64,000 nt of DNA from Octopus sinensis. Taxonomy: Eukaryota. Of this stretch, positions 1 through 13,786 are shown in pieces (position 1 is the stretch's first letter; every line of letters starts with the position of its first letter). The stretch is taken from assembly GCF_006345805.1 (NCBI RefSeq), contig NC_043005.1, positions 19,282,001 to 19,346,000 on the forward strand, given 5' to 3'. The position numbers and the translations under genes were made by a program. The notes beneath the pieces are model-generated. The model had not been told where the DNA came from, did no database searches, and saw only the letters and a list, made by a program, of their open reading frames with translations.

Positions 1-280
<280 letters not shown>

Positions 281-1169
281 TATATATATGTATATATATA
301 TATATATCCGTGTTTATATGCCAGTATATTCGTTACATGTTCATGTATTTATGCAAGTAACTGTATGTATATATCTCTCTGTCCGTCTGTCGGTCCATCC
401 GTCAGTCTGCATTGTTTGTCTATCTTGTTTACCTGAATCCATGTATGGTTGTTTATATCTATTATTGTTAGTATGTACGCTTGCATGTATGTATGTATGT
501 ATTATGCATGTATGTATGTTGCTGTGTGTCTGTGAATATGTTTATGCGTGTATCTCTAAGTGAACATGTAACTCGGTGTTTATAAAATGAAAGACATATG
601 TCCACCTTTATATCTACAAGTGTATGTTCGCCTATGTATGTATGTCCGAATACGTATAAGTACGTGTGCGAAGCGTAAATAACTGAACGTATAATGTATG
701 CTTGTCCATGTGAATCTATGTATATCCTCTCTGCGTCTAAATACTTCAATGAATATGTTTATGGGAATATGTACGTATATGTCTATATGGATGTGTATCC
801 GTGTTAATAGGTGTGTGTAGACATTGGCAGGCAAAAGATTGATGCATGAGAAGAGATAGCAGCAGACTACACCGAGTATTAGTCTAAAGACTGCTACAGT
901 TGTAGAATGCCCGAATCTCTAACACAGGAAATGGTAAAAGACAGGTAAATGTTTCTGTGTATATTTCTCTGCGTGCGTGCGTGCGTGTGTGTGATTGTGT
1001 GTATGTCTGTGTGTGTGTACGTGTACGTGCGTGTATTTGTGTGCGTGTGTACGTGTGTGTGCGTGTGTGCATTCGTATTGTGTTTGTGTGTGTACGCGTG
1101 AGCTGATGTAAAAGAGTTAAAGAAAATGTGTGAATGTGTGTGTGTGTGTGTGTTTCTGTGTGTTTACGT

Positions 1170-1317
1170 GCGCAGGCATGGTTTGTTCTCAACCATATGG
1201 TTCCGGGTTCAGTCCCACTGTGTGGCACCTTGGGTAAATGTCTTCCACTGTAACCTCGGACCGACCAAAGCCTTGTGAATGGATTTGGTAAGACGGAAAC
1301 AGAAAGAAGCCCGTCGG

Positions 1318-1357
<40 letters not shown>

Positions 1358-1634
1358 TTATATGTATGTACGTATATGTGTTTGTGTATGTGTGTGTGTG
1401 TGTATGTGTGTGTCTTTCTGTCTGTGTTTGCCCCCCCCCACCTCTCCGTCGTCGCATGACAACCGATGTTAACGTGTTTACTTCCCCGTAGCTTAGTAGT
1501 TCGCTAAAAATCCGAATAAGTGCTAGGCTTACAAAAGAATAAATCCTGAGGTCGATTTCTTCAACTAAAACCCTTTAAGGTGGTACTCCAGCATGGCCGC
1601 AGTCAAATAACTGAAACAAATAAAAGAATAAAAG
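1170..1634 (+). mobile_element. tRNA-derived SINE, family A (internal microsatellite), head partly deleted
   Basis: B-box GGTTCAGTCCC, CORE-like CACCTTGGGTAAAT, internal (TG)n, tail CCAGCATGGCCGCAGTCAAAT..GAAACAAATAAAAGA; colinear with the copy at 62989-63527. Confidence 0.85.
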
Positions 1635-1991
1635 AGGTATATGTATGTGTGTGTCTTGATGTCAGTGTGTGACCCTCTCTCCTTCGTTCTTTCCTTCTCT
1701 CTCTCTCTCTCTTTCGCGATTACTACGAACATTTTTACTCCCTTAATTAGCAGTCATTCTAATAGCTCATTTGTCTTAATAACGGACAATCACACAGTAA
1801 TTTCATTTTGTTTTGACGGTTATTTTCATAGCATTCTTTTCGATGGCCCGATAACTGAAGAGATGCCGGCGTGGGTTTCCGCTCCGACATCTGAAAATCG
1901 GAGTTTTATCGTGGCTACCGAATAATTGTCACATATTATATTTACACACACACTCACACACACACACACACACACAGATATATATATATAT

Positions 1992-2387
1992 ATTCTTTTA
2001 CTTGTTTCAGTCATTTGAATGTAGCCATTCTGGAGCACCGCCTTTAGTCGAGAAAATCGACCCCAGGACTTATTCTTTGTAAGCCTAATACTTATTCAAT
2101 CGTTATCTTTTGCCGAACCGCTAAGTTACAGGGACGTAAACACACCAGCATCGGTTGTCAAGCGATGATTGGGGAGAAACACAGACACACAAACATATAC
2201 ATACATACATACATATATATACGTACGACAGGCTTCTTTGAGTTTTCATCGACCAAATCCACTCACAAGGCTTGGTTCGATCCGAGGCTATAGTAGAAGA
2301 CATTTGCCCACGGTGCCACACAGCGGGACTGAAACCGGAACCATGTGGTTGGTAAGCAAGCTACTTACCACACAGCCACTCCTGCGC
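1992..2387 (-). mobile_element. SINE family A, full length
   Basis: Reverse complement reads GCGCAGGAGTGGCTGTGTGGTAAG (A box)...GGTTTCAGTCCC (B box)...GAAACAAGTAAAAGA. Confidence 0.88.
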
Positions 2388-2638
2388 ATATATAAGTATA
2401 TGTGTGTGTATATACATACATATATATATAAATGGAACAAAAACGCAATAGAGGACACAAGGACGTGCAAAAGAAACAATTAGGACAGGCAAGAAAAGGA
2501 CGGGTCATTCATGGCTTTCCTTCATCGGTGAAGTTCCAAAAGTCACGACTATTTCGGGCAGTTACACTTGTGATGGTTCGATCTGGTTGCCCCCCCCCAC
2601 AAGATAAGAGCACTAGACCTCCCCACTTGTAAGAAAGC

Positions 2639-2699
<61 letters not shown>

Positions 2700-2714
2700 A
2701 TATATATATGTATG

Positions 2715-2768
<54 letters not shown>

Positions 2769-2957
2769 CATATATGTTCAGATGAATTAGGTACCCAAGT
2801 TGAGGCAGGTGAATAAAATCAAATTAAGCAACAAGGATATAGCTTAGAAGCTACTAGACAGCATGTTCTTTGTCTATCTCCTTACTTCCATGGAGGTTTT
2901 AGGTAAAATTATACTAATGTGTCCAATTGTTTAAATTTAATTTAATTCTATGTCTTT

Positions 2958-3045
2958 ATGCAGCTGAGGATTGCTCTGCATTTAAATTGATGTAATGATT
3001 GCATTGTTCAATTAAATTGAGTTGCTTGAAACGATCGTGCTGCAT
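2958..3045 (+). ncRNA. Degenerate minimal type I hammerhead motif in a (TA)n-flanked insert (2777-3072)
   Basis: ATGCAG-CTGAGGA-[long stem II region]-GAAAC-GATC-GTG-CTGCAT: 6-bp stem I, palindromic loop III; cleavage triplet GUG is non-canonical. Confidence 0.55.
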
Positions 3046-3106
3046 TACTTCTGAATATTCTTGTTTATTTTGATATATATATTCCTATATATATACATAC
3101 ATATAT

Positions 3107-3167
<61 letters not shown>

Positions 3168-3319
3168 CTATATATATATATGTGTGTGTGTGTGTGTGGG
3201 CTTAGTGGTTAGGATATTCCGGTGGCGCGTTGTGTCCTTGAGAGCGACACTTATTTATATATATATATGATATATATAATATAAATATATGTACATATAA
3301 ATATATGTATATATCGTTA

Positions 3320-3371
<52 letters not shown>

Positions 3372-3747
3372 TAATAATAATAATAATAATAATAACAATA
3401 ATAATAATAATAATATTAATAATATTTGAGGGAATATTATGCCTAACTTACAGGGAAAATTCAAATTAGAAATACTAAATCAAATTTCACAAAATATATA
3501 TATATATAAAAAATTAGAAAAAACACCTTTTATCAGTTCAAAACGAACAATAAAATTACACCATCTAGAAAATTATTTTGTATATATATATATATTACTA
3601 TATACATACATACATATATATATACACCCACACACACACACACACACACACCGCACACACACACACACACAACACACACACACACCATACACACTCTCAC
3701 ACCCACACACACACATATAATATATATATAATATATATATATATATA

Positions 3748-4360
3748 GCACGCGGAATTCTGTTCTGATTCGACGGTCATTCGGAATGCTCACAGCAGCC
3801 ATATTCCTACCGCTCTATGTCACGCTGGTGAGACCCATATTGGAGTACGGGATTCAAGCCTCTTCTCCTTATCTCCTCAAAGACATACCACACTCAAATC
3901 TCGAAAGAGTCCAGAAGCTGGCTACTCGCATGGTTCTTGGTCTCAAGAATTTGTCTTATGAAGAAAGGCTGAAGACGCTGGACCATTATTCTCTAGAAAA
4001 CGACGACACCGTGGAGATCTCATTCTTGCTCACAACATCATAAGCGGAAAGTGTAACCTCCTCGAAAGAGCTGTTATTCACTCCTGCTCCAGAGCATCGG
4101 CTGCGGGGTCATTCCGAAAAGCTCTATCTGCTCGACGATTTCATTCTCAATCGGAGAGGGGCTTTCTCCGCCCGGGTTGCGTATCCGTGGAATAAGCTGC
4201 CAGACTGATGGTGAAGATGCCGACGACCGCTCGGTTCAAAGTCTCCCTTGACCTCAAGTGGCCTGAACTCTTACAGAAACACCACCCTGTACATAACTCC
4301 ATGTCCCCCTACATGGCATTGCTTTTTGCTTTTTGAGCCAAAATTAACTAACTAACTAAC
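3748..4360 (+). mobile_element. CR1-group LINE 3' fragment, copy 1 (indel-ridden)
   Basis: LYVTLVRPILEYG..SPYL..D...LERVQKLATR post-RT motif; (TAAC)n tail at about 4345-4360. Confidence 0.85.
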
Positions 4361-4416
<56 letters not shown>

Positions 4417-4463
4417 TATATAATAATAATATAATAATAATAATAATAAGTAATAATAATAAT

Positions 4464-4573
<110 letters not shown>

Positions 4574-4843
4574 GTAATAATAATAATAATAAATAATAAT
4601 AATAATAATATAATAATAATAATAATATTAATAATAATAATTTGAGGGAATATTATTCCCAACTTACAAGGAAAAATTCAATTTAGAAATACTAAATCAA
4701 ATTTCACAAAATATAATATATATAAAAAATTAGAAAAAAAACACCTTTTATCAGTTCAAAACGAACAATAAAATTACACCATCTAGAAAATTATTTTGAT
4801 ATATATATATATATATTACTATATACATACATACATATAATAT

Positions 4844-4876
<33 letters not shown>

Positions 4877-4931
4877 CACACACACACAACACACACACAC
4901 AACATACACACTCTCACACAACACACACACA

Positions 4932-4965
<34 letters not shown>

Positions 4966-5570
4966 GCACGCGGAATTCTGTTCTTGATTCGACGGTCATT
5001 CGGAATGCTCACAGCAGCCATATTCCTACCGCTCTATGTCACGCTGGTGAGACCCATATTGGAGTACGGGATTCAAGCCTCTTCTCCTTATCTCCTCAAA
5101 GACATACACCATCTCGAAAGAGTCCAGAAGCTGGCTACTCGCATGGTTCTTGGTCTCAAGAATTTGTCTTATGAAGAAAGGCTGAAGACGCTGGACCATT
5201 ATTCTCTAGAAAAACGACGACACCGTGGAGATCTCATTCTTGCTCACAACATCATAAGCGGAAAGTGTAACCTCTCGAAAGAGCTGTTATTCACTCCTGC
5301 TCCAGAGCATCGGCTGCGGGGTCATTCCGAAAAGCTCTATCTGCGACGATTTCATCTCAATCGGAGAGGGGCTTTCTCCGCCCGGGTTGCGTATCCGTGG
5401 AATAAGCTGCCAGACGAGATGGTGAAGATGCCGACGACCGCTCGGTTCAAAGTCTCCCTTGACCTCAAGTGGCCTGAACTCTTTACATGAACACCACCCT
5501 GTACATAACTCCATGTCCCCCTACATGGCATTGCTTTTTGCTTTTTGAGCCAAAATTAACTACTAACTAA
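4966..5570 (+). mobile_element. CR1-group LINE 3' fragment, copy 2 (open frame 4984-5490)
   Basis: 168-aa frame with LVRPILEY, LERVQ, SYEERL, LEKRRHRGDLI, LRGHS and WNKLP, typical of the CR1 ORF2 C-terminus; (TAAC)n tail. Confidence 0.9.
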
Positions 5571-5592
5571 CACACACCAACACATATATATA

Positions 5593-5625
<33 letters not shown>

Positions 5626-5629
5626 ATTC

Positions 5630-5745
5630 ATATATAATAATAATAATAATAATAATATAATAATAATTAATATAATATAATAATATAATAATAATAATAA
5701 TAATAATAATATAATATAATAATAATAATAATAATAATAATATAT

Positions 5746-5836
<91 letters not shown>

Positions 5837-6357
5837 TTAATAATAATAATTTGAGGGAATATTATTCCAACTTACAAGGAAAAATTCAATTTAGAAATAC
5901 TAAATCAAATTTCACAAAATATAATATAAAACTTAGATAAAAATTAGATATGTTTCGACCAGAGATTGGTCCAGGCCATGTCTAACATAATAGCACCACC
6001 TGATAGGATTATTCGAATCCTGTTTAAGTCTGTTTTTGTTCAAGTACGTGAGTTCTTGTTGGGTGAGTGTATCCAGTTTTGTTCAAGTAGTGAGTTCTTG
6101 TTGGGTGAGTTGTATCCAATTATGGGTGGCTTATCTGGTATTCTTTGAAGGAATCTATCCAGACTCTGTTTGAAGTTGATGGGATCCTTTTCCTCTTTGA
6201 TCTCCCTCGGGACAATGTTAAATAGGGCAGGGCCTGTTGAGGAAAAGAAATTATGTTGCAGTGTACATGTATGTTGTGATCTTGAATTTGGCAGGGGACG
6301 TATAGCCCGTGGTCCAAGTCTCTTGGAAGAACAGCTCTTTCGAGAGGTTACACTTTT
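5630..6357 (-). mobile_element. CR1/L2-group LINE 3' end with 3'UTR and (TTA)n tail
   Basis: RLGPRA..HNFFSSTGPALFN..P..FKQSLDRFLQRIPDKP; related to 12752-13570. Confidence 0.8.
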
Positions 6358-6368
6358 TATATATATAT

Positions 6369-6520
6369 AAAAATTAGAAAAAAACACGTTTTATCACTTC
6401 AAAACATACAATAAAATCATACCATCTAGATAATTACATATTTCTATTATATGTAATTTTCTAGATGGTGTAACTTTATTGCTCATTTTGAATTGATAAA
6501 AGGTGTTTTTTTCTAATTTA
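6369..6520. repeat. Fold-back inverted repeat (about 70-bp arms) between (TA)n tracts
   Basis: AAATTAGAAAAAAACACGTTTTATCAC...CCATCTAGATAATTACATA mirrored by TATGTAATTTTCTAGATGG...GATAAAAGGTGTTTTTTTCTAATTT; single arms also at about 3510-3575 and 4726-4795. Confidence 0.85.
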
Positions 6521-6853
6521 TATATATATATAGAGAGAGAGAAAGAGAGATAGAGAGTGACAGACAGACAGATAGACAGAGAGTGAAAAGTGAGAGAAAG
6601 AAAGAGAGAGAGATAGACAGACAGACTGACAGACAAATAGAAAGTATGGGATGCAGTCAGGGAGTGAGCTGATAAAGTTTTTAAGAGAAATGTTGTAAAA
6701 GGGAATGGTAGAGGAATGAGAGAGAGACGCAATAAGGAGAAAAAAATATTGAAAGGACAGGGATAGACGGTTAGAGAAAGGGGCTAATAGAAATAAAAAG
6801 ATAGAAAGAAAATATAGAGGTGTATGCGTGTGTGTATGTGTGTGTGTGTGTTG

Positions 6854-6891
<38 letters not shown>

Positions 6892-7122
6892 GGGAATTAG
6901 AAAGTCACAGAAAAACAGAAATGGAAAGTTATCGAGTCAGTCAGTGTAAAGAGTGAAAGATGAATGGGTGTGTGTACAGAGTGGGAAAACAGTAAAGGTA
7001 CATAAGAGAGAGGAGGGGGCGAGAGAGAAGGAGGGGGCGAGAGAGAAGGAGGGGGCGAGAGAGAAGGAGAGAGAGAGAGATAGAGAGGGGGGCGAGAGAG
7101 AGAGAATAGCTAGCTCACTAAC

Positions 7123-7263
7123 TTGATAGATAGATAGATAGAAGAGACAGACAGACAGACAGACAGACAGATAGATAGATAGATAGATAGATAGATAGGT
7201 AGATAGATAGATAGATAGAAGAGACAGACAGACAGACTGACAGACAGACAGACAGATAGATAA

Positions 7264-7300
<37 letters not shown>

Positions 7301-7399
7301 ATAGACAGACAGACAGACATACAGATAGATAAATAGAACAGACAGACAGACAGACAGATGGATGGATAAATAGATAGATAGATAAATAGATAGATAGAT

Positions 7400-7438
<39 letters not shown>

Positions 7439-7475
7439 TAGATAGATAGATAGATAGATAGATTGACATATAGAT
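7123..7475. repeat. (GATA)n/(GACA)n compound microsatellite
   Basis: Direct inspection. Confidence 0.95.
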
Positions 7476-7489
7476 AAAGTCAATCCTCA

Positions 7490-8800
7490 ACATATCCTCC
7501 TTGACATAACTTTTGGTATTGCAGACATCGTTGTGACTATTAATAAAATGAAACTCGATTCAGCAGTGAACCCTGACAGATTTCCCTCTATTATCCTGAA
7601 GGAATGCAGACATCAACTTCCGAATCATCTGGTTAATCTCTGGAGGAATTCGTTGAACTCAAGTTTTACACCCGAAGATTTTCTATTTCAGTTAGTCCAT
7701 ATCAGTTTCAGAGAATGTAAGTCATTCCTCGTGAATTACCGTCTGATCCTACTAACCAACCTCTTATATCGTTAAAGTACACGAGAGAGGGGTAAGATAG
7801 AAAAAAAATAATAAATAGCTGCTTTCCGAGAGAAAAACAATATAAGCATCTAGATCCCAAACAACATAGTTTTCATGGTGGGGTCAGTGACTGCTTAATA
7901 TAGCTCTTCTATGACATCCATGGTACTCTAAATATACTCGAAAAGGGTTGCAATACAGATATCATTTACCAATGAGTCTGAGTATGTGACTGGACAGGAC
8001 TCAAAACTGACCTGTACTCTGTGATTCAATGAAGAAGAATTATACGATATGCTGCGAAAAAAGGAAGAGTTCGAACTCATCCATTTTGGAAAACAGAATA
8101 TATTTAAACAGACATTCTCTTCCCTCGAGCGAGCTCCTCGTAGCGTCAAATAATATCAGAAACTTAAGTGTAATTGTGAACAACAGCCTACAATGCACAC
8201 ATCAACAATAAAGTGATATGGTCTGAAGAATAATGTCATGGACTCTTAGAGCTTTCCACTCCAGAGATCTTGATATCATCCTTCTTCTCTACGTTTCCCA
8301 GGTCTAATTTTGATTATTGATCATACTAGACAAATACAAAACAGTGCTGAGAACTAAAGTAACCAAGTGATCGATCACAAAATCAAAAAGACTCAAACTA
8401 TATTGTCTCCAATGCCACCAACATTTGTTCAATGTGGGAAATATTCTAACAATACTGTTCAAATGATGTCGATATCAACTTCACAAGTTACTCAAGCACT
8501 GCTTCCAGAGCCATACGCATTCTACAAAAAAAAAAATCCATGTCACATAACAGCATTGTGACATCATTCTATTTTACCTCAACTATTCTGCTTTGTTCAA
8601 CATTATTACGAAGGAAATTAGAAGCAAAAAACATTTCTTTTCCTCCAGCTCCAAGAAATTCCATACAAACCACCAACATCTAGATATATCACGGCATGCA
8701 AACAACTCCCCACTATAATGGGTTATGATGTCCTATATGGCTATGACCAGGTGATACTGCTAGGTTATGGTTTCACTGCGCTTGACATGGCAAGACCTAT
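7490..8800 (+). pseudogene. Old, heavily degraded CR1/L2-group LINE ORF2
   Basis: SAVNPDRFPSIILKEC..L..LWRNSL (pre-RT region), NYRLI; later segments parallel the 12964-13488 peptide; 3'UTR remnant GACATGGC near 8785; many stops and frameshifts. Confidence 0.6.
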
Positions 8801-8868
8801 TGAAGTTCTATCTATCTATCGATCGATCGACCAATCGAGTGGTCGATCTATCTGTTTATTTATATCTA

Positions 8869-8947
<79 letters not shown>

Positions 8948-8968
8948 GTTATCATTATTATTATTATA

Positions 8969-9125
8969 GGGTTCAAATTCCGCCGAGGTCGACTTTGCCT
9001 TTCATCCTTTCGGGGTCGATAAATTAAGTACCAGTTACGCACTGGGGTCTGTGTAATCGACTTAATCCATTTGTCTGTCCTTATTTGTCCCCTCTGTGTT
9101 TAGCCCCATGTGGGTAGTTAAAAAT
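8969..9125 (+). mobile_element. SINE family C fragment
   Basis: GTTCAAATTCCGCCGAGGTCGACTTTGCCTTTCATCCTTTCGGGGTCGATAAATTAAGTACCAG. Confidence 0.8.
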
Positions 9126-9164
9126 AAATTATTATTAATTTTTAAAAAAATTATTATTATTATT

Positions 9165-9995
9165 CAGTAGTTTTATTTTTATGGCGTGCTTTCACTTCAC
9201 TACCGGGCACAGCTCTGTGTGCCTTGGGTATGTGCTGTGATTTGTTGTGATGCTCTGATGGTTATTGTATGGAAAGTGTTCTGCGTAGGATGTATGCAGT
9301 GCCTAGTAGTGCAATTTTCTGTATGTTATATGTGTTTGTAAGTCCTGGTGTTTTTGTTATGTATTTGTCTGAATATTTTTTTATCATGCCTAATGCACCT
9401 ACTATGATAGGAATTGTTTCTGTTTTTAGATTCCACATTCTGGTTACCTCTATTTCCAGGTCTTTGTATTTTGAGAGTTTCTCCATTTCTTTTAGAGGCA
9501 CGTTGTCATCTTCCGGTATTGATACATCAATTAGAAAGCATTTTTTTCTTCATGATCTCTGACAACTGTATCTGGCCTGTTGGCCTTAATTTCTCTATCT
9601 GTGTGTATCGGCATATCTCAGAGTATGGTTGCTTTCTCGTTTTCTGTGACCTTTTCTTGTGTGTACCTATACCATCTTTTTTCTGTTGTTATTCCATAAT
9701 GTTGGCATAGCTTCTAATGTATGCAGGTTCCAACTCTGTCATGTCTGTGAATATATTCCTTCTTAGCCAGGACTGGGCAGCTAGAGATAATATGATTTAT
9801 TGTTTCTTGTCCATCTCCACATATTCTGCAGTTACTTGTTATATTTCTTTTCATTACATGTTTTTGGTAATTTCTGGTGGGGAGGCTTTGGTCTTGTGCT
9901 GCAATTAAAAATCCCTCTGTTTCTGCTTTGAGTCCTGAGCTTCTCAACCATTGCTGGGATTTTTCTCTGTTTATTTCTTTTACATTTAGTTAGTC

Positions 9996-9996
<1 letters not shown>
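9165..9996 (-). mobile_element. R4/Dong-clade RLE non-LTR retrotransposon, 5'-truncated
   Basis: ETEGFLIAAQDQSLPTRNY, CCHC knuckle CRICGD..ETINHIISSC, RHD, KYKDLEIE..RMW...IPIIVGALG; flanked by (TAA)n. Confidence 0.88.
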
Positions 9997-10042
<46 letters not shown>

Positions 10043-10065
10043 TATTATTATTATTATTATTATTA

Positions 10066-10870
10066 CTTTTTTTTTTCCTTCTTTCAAATTTGCTTCCATT
10101 TCTTGCCGAGTGTCTTCCCGACTCCTAGGGCAAAGAAACTAATAGTATACATTGGTAGGCCATTAAACCAAACTCAGTAGTTCGTTTTTTTTTTTTTTTT
10201 TTTTAAGTTAAATTAAAATACATGAGCAGCAACAGTTCTCACATCGACAATGCTCTTCTCAATACGTGTGATGTACCAGTTAAGACAATCTTTTGCACTT
10301 CTTGCAGGGATGGTAAGCCAGGGATCATTCTCATATAATTTTCGGTTCCCTTCTTGATCATTCCTAGTGCTCCTACGATCACTGGTATTGTAACCGCCTT
10401 GAGATGCCACATTTTCTCAATTCCAATGAGTAGGTCTTTATATTTTCTGAGCTTGCCAAACTCTTTCGCTGAGATATTATGATCACAGGGGATGCTCATG
10501 TCGATCAATAAGCAAACTTTATTGTTTTGGTCTTTCACAACAATATCTGGTTTATTGGCCTTGATGGTTCGGTCTGTATGTACTGGAAAGTCCCACAGAA
10601 TGGTTACATTTTCTCCTTCAGTTACAGCCTCAGGGTGGTGATTATACCACTTGTCGGCAGTTTTGATATTGTAATGCCGACTTATTAGCCAGTGGAGATA
10701 TTGGCCAACTCTGTTATGTCTTAATTTATACTCCACTGGTGCTAAGACTTTACATCCAGAGATTAGGTGGTCCACTGTTTCAATCATGTCGTTGCAGAAT
10801 CGGCATTTTGGGTCTGCTCCATTTTTCATCACATTGGCCTGGTAGTTCCGGGTTAATAGGCTTTGATCTT
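10066..10870 (-). mobile_element. R4/Dong-clade RLE element, second subfamily; open 197-aa C-terminal frame (10239-10832)
   Basis: CRFCNDMIETVDHLISGC, RHN, WDFPVHTD, KPDIVV..LIDMSIP..KY (PD-D-K restriction-like endonuclease); flanked by (TAA)n. Confidence 0.9.
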
Positions 10871-11030
10871 ATTATTATTATTATTATTATTATTATTTTA
10901 TTATTATTATTATATTATCATCATCATCATCATCATCATATCATCATCATCATCATCATCATCATAATCATCATCATCATCATCATCATTATTATTATTA
11001 TCATCATCATCATCATCATTATTATTATTA

Positions 11031-11072
<42 letters not shown>

Positions 11073-11785
11073 GCAGTAGTCTTATTTTTATTATGTGCTA
11101 TTACTGCACTACCGAGCACAGCTCTGTGTGCCTTTGGTATGTGCTGTGGTTTATTGTGGCGCTCTTATTTTCACTGTATTGAAGTGCTTTACGTCGGATG
11201 TGCGCGGTGCCTAGTAGTGCTATTTTCTGTATGTTATATACGTTCGTAAGTCCTGGTATTTTGGTTATGTATTTGTCTGAATGTTTTTAATCATACCTGA
11301 TGCTCCTATTGTTAGAAGAATTGTTTCTATTTTTTGGCTCCACATTCGGGTTACTTCTATTTCCAGATCGATTTAGTATTTTGAGAGTTTGTCCATTTCT
11401 TTTAAAGAGACATTGGCATCTGTTGGTATTGATTCATCGATTAGAAGGCATTTTTTCTTGGTGATTTTTGACAACTATATCCGGCCTATTGGCCTTGATT
11501 TCTCTATCTGTATGTATTGGCCTATACGGCTGCTTTCTCATTTTCTGAGCCCTTTTCTGGGGTTTGCCTATATTATCTTTTTTTCTGTTGTCAATTCATA
11601 GTGTTGGCATAACCTCCAGTGTATATAGGTCCCAACTCTGTAATGTCTGTGGATATATTCCTTCTTAGCCAGGACTGGACAGCCAGAGACAATATAATTT
11701 ATTGTTCCTTCCCAATCACCACAAATTCTGTAGTTATTTGTATTTCTCTTCATTGTGTGAATAAGAAAGTTGGTAGGTAAGCTTA
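11073..11785 (-). mobile_element. R4/Dong-clade element, older degenerate relative of 9165-9996
   Basis: Same 3'UTR (CAGCTCTGTGTGCC..GGTATGTGCTGTG) and SGCPVLAKKEYIHRH peptide; frameshifted. Confidence 0.82.
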
Positions 11786-11869
11786 TTGGATTTATAGTAA
11801 ATACTGTAGTTAGATTAAATATTTAAACATTGAAGTGTAGTCTATCCTATCTGAGTTGCAAAACAGGTA

Positions 11870-12340
11870 GCTGAAAGTGGATTTCGTCAGAAAATTTAAG
11901 TTCCCATCATGCCAAAGTCATCCTCCATAGACCTTCTCAAATTCGACCAAACAACCTATTATTTTGCCCGGGCCAAAAACATGGAGGAGGCTGGTGAGAG
12001 AAAGCTGGTTAAATGCCAAGAGTTGGTAGTGTAATGTTGATGCCAAAGTTGGCGGATACATTGCATGCTAGATGATGTATACAGCTGAGATAATTAACTT
12101 TACAATGCCCTTCTTAGGCTTGGTGTTACTGGTGCAGTAAAGAGGAGGGTCTTATTTTCCATCACCGAAACTTCAGAGAAGTCCACTAGAAGGTTTGGGA
12201 TAAAGAGGGCAGGTTTGAGGGCACTGGGATGAAAGCTAAAACTTGGTCAAACCTGGCTAGATCAACTAGGATAGGGAATCGGATGTTAAAGGTTCTAAGA
12301 CACACTAAAATCTCATCAGCAGGGCCTATTTCTCTCAGCC
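11870..12340 (-). pseudogene. Possible ancient LINE RT remnant
   Basis: Hand translation IIGCLVEFEKVY..LWHDG resembles the RT motif hhhDhxKAFDxVWHxG; very degenerate. Confidence 0.3.
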
Positions 12341-12707
12341 ACAAACAAGCAACTGAGAATGAATCTCGTCAGACCATTTTAGCTCCCAGAATACGTCATG
12401 CCGACTACAATTCACTGAGACATCTTCTCAAATTCCCACAAAGACATACATACATACAACATACATACATACATACATACATACAACATACATACATACA
12501 TACATACATACATAAATGCATGCATGCATCTGCTCACACAATGACTCCAAATACTGCATATATACATACATGCAAAAATAGCGATGTTGAAATTTCAATG
12601 AAGGAGCCTTGAATCTATGTTAAAAATTGGTTCTTTCTTGTTCGTGGCTGAGGGAAATCACCCCGCCCTGACCCTAGCCACATTCAGATGGCTGATCCCT
12701 CTTATGT

Positions 12708-12745
<38 letters not shown>

Positions 12746-12751
12746 ATATAT

Positions 12752-13570
12752 ACTTTGATAAGTTTCGGCCATTATTGGCCCAGGCCATGTCTAACTTAAT
12801 AGCACCACTTGGTGAAGTCTTTCAAGTCAGAATTTGGGCACTATGGCTCACTCAAGTAGAGAGTTATTGTTTACAGAGACATATCCGGGTGTAGGGCTTT
12901 ATCCGGGATTTCTTGAAGGAATCTGTCCAAAGACTTCTTGAACCCTATAGGTCAGTTTCTGTTTTAATGTGTTGGTGTAATGTTAAAGAGAGCGGGGCCA
13001 ATTGAGGTGAAATAATTGTGCCGTATTGTTGTTATGAGATGAGAGTGCGATTTTTGTTTTGGGCGGATGGCACGGGGCCCAAGCCTTGGATGTACCTTAA
13101 AGGTGATGCCAACATCATTTGGGCAATGCTGATGGAATATTTTCCACATCATGCAGATGATGTAGCGCTCACGACGACGTTGGAGAGAATAAAGTTTTAG
13201 CTTTTCTAGTCGACCCCAATAGTCGAGGCCTGTCATGCCATCTAACTTTTTTGTGATTGCCCTTTGAGGTGCTTCAACTTTTATGATACTTTGCGTTGTG
13301 TGGGGAGACCACAGTGGACAACAGTATTCAAGGTGGGGTCGGGCAAAAGTGGAGAAGAGAAGGATAATGGTGTGGATATCTCTCGACTGGAAAGTTCTGA
13401 GAATCCAGGAACACATTCTGCGGGCCATGTCAACTTTGGTGTTTATATGAGTGGCCCAGCTTATGTTGTTGTCCACAATTACTCCCAAGTCTCTGATGTT
13501 GTTGGACGCCGCGAGAGTTTCACCTGAAGGAAGGGAGTATGGGAGTTTCAGGGCATCCTCTTTTCCAAAG
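12752..13570 (-). mobile_element. CR1/L2-group LINE 3' part (174-aa frame 12964-13488)
   Basis: GVIVDNNISWATHI, WILRTF, RPHLEYCCPLWSP, QRAITK, YWGRLEKLKLYSLQRRRERY. Confidence 0.88.
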
Positions 13571-13619
13571 TGGATAACTCAAATTTATCCTCGTTCAGCA
13601 GCATATTGTTTTTTTCTGC

Positions 13620-13672
<53 letters not shown>

Positions 13673-13786
13673 CGTACATGGTAAAAGGAGTTCATTTTCT
13701 ACCTTTTCCTATGTATACTTTGCAAATTATTTCGTTTCCGCCATTATTATAGAGATCTCCTGAAATAGAATAAACAAAAGATAATA

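Noticed and set aside
5950-5985. Hairpin followed by GAAAC in the LINE 3'UTR as a hammerhead
   Set aside because: No CUGANGA upstream; treated as a LINE 3' stem-loop instead
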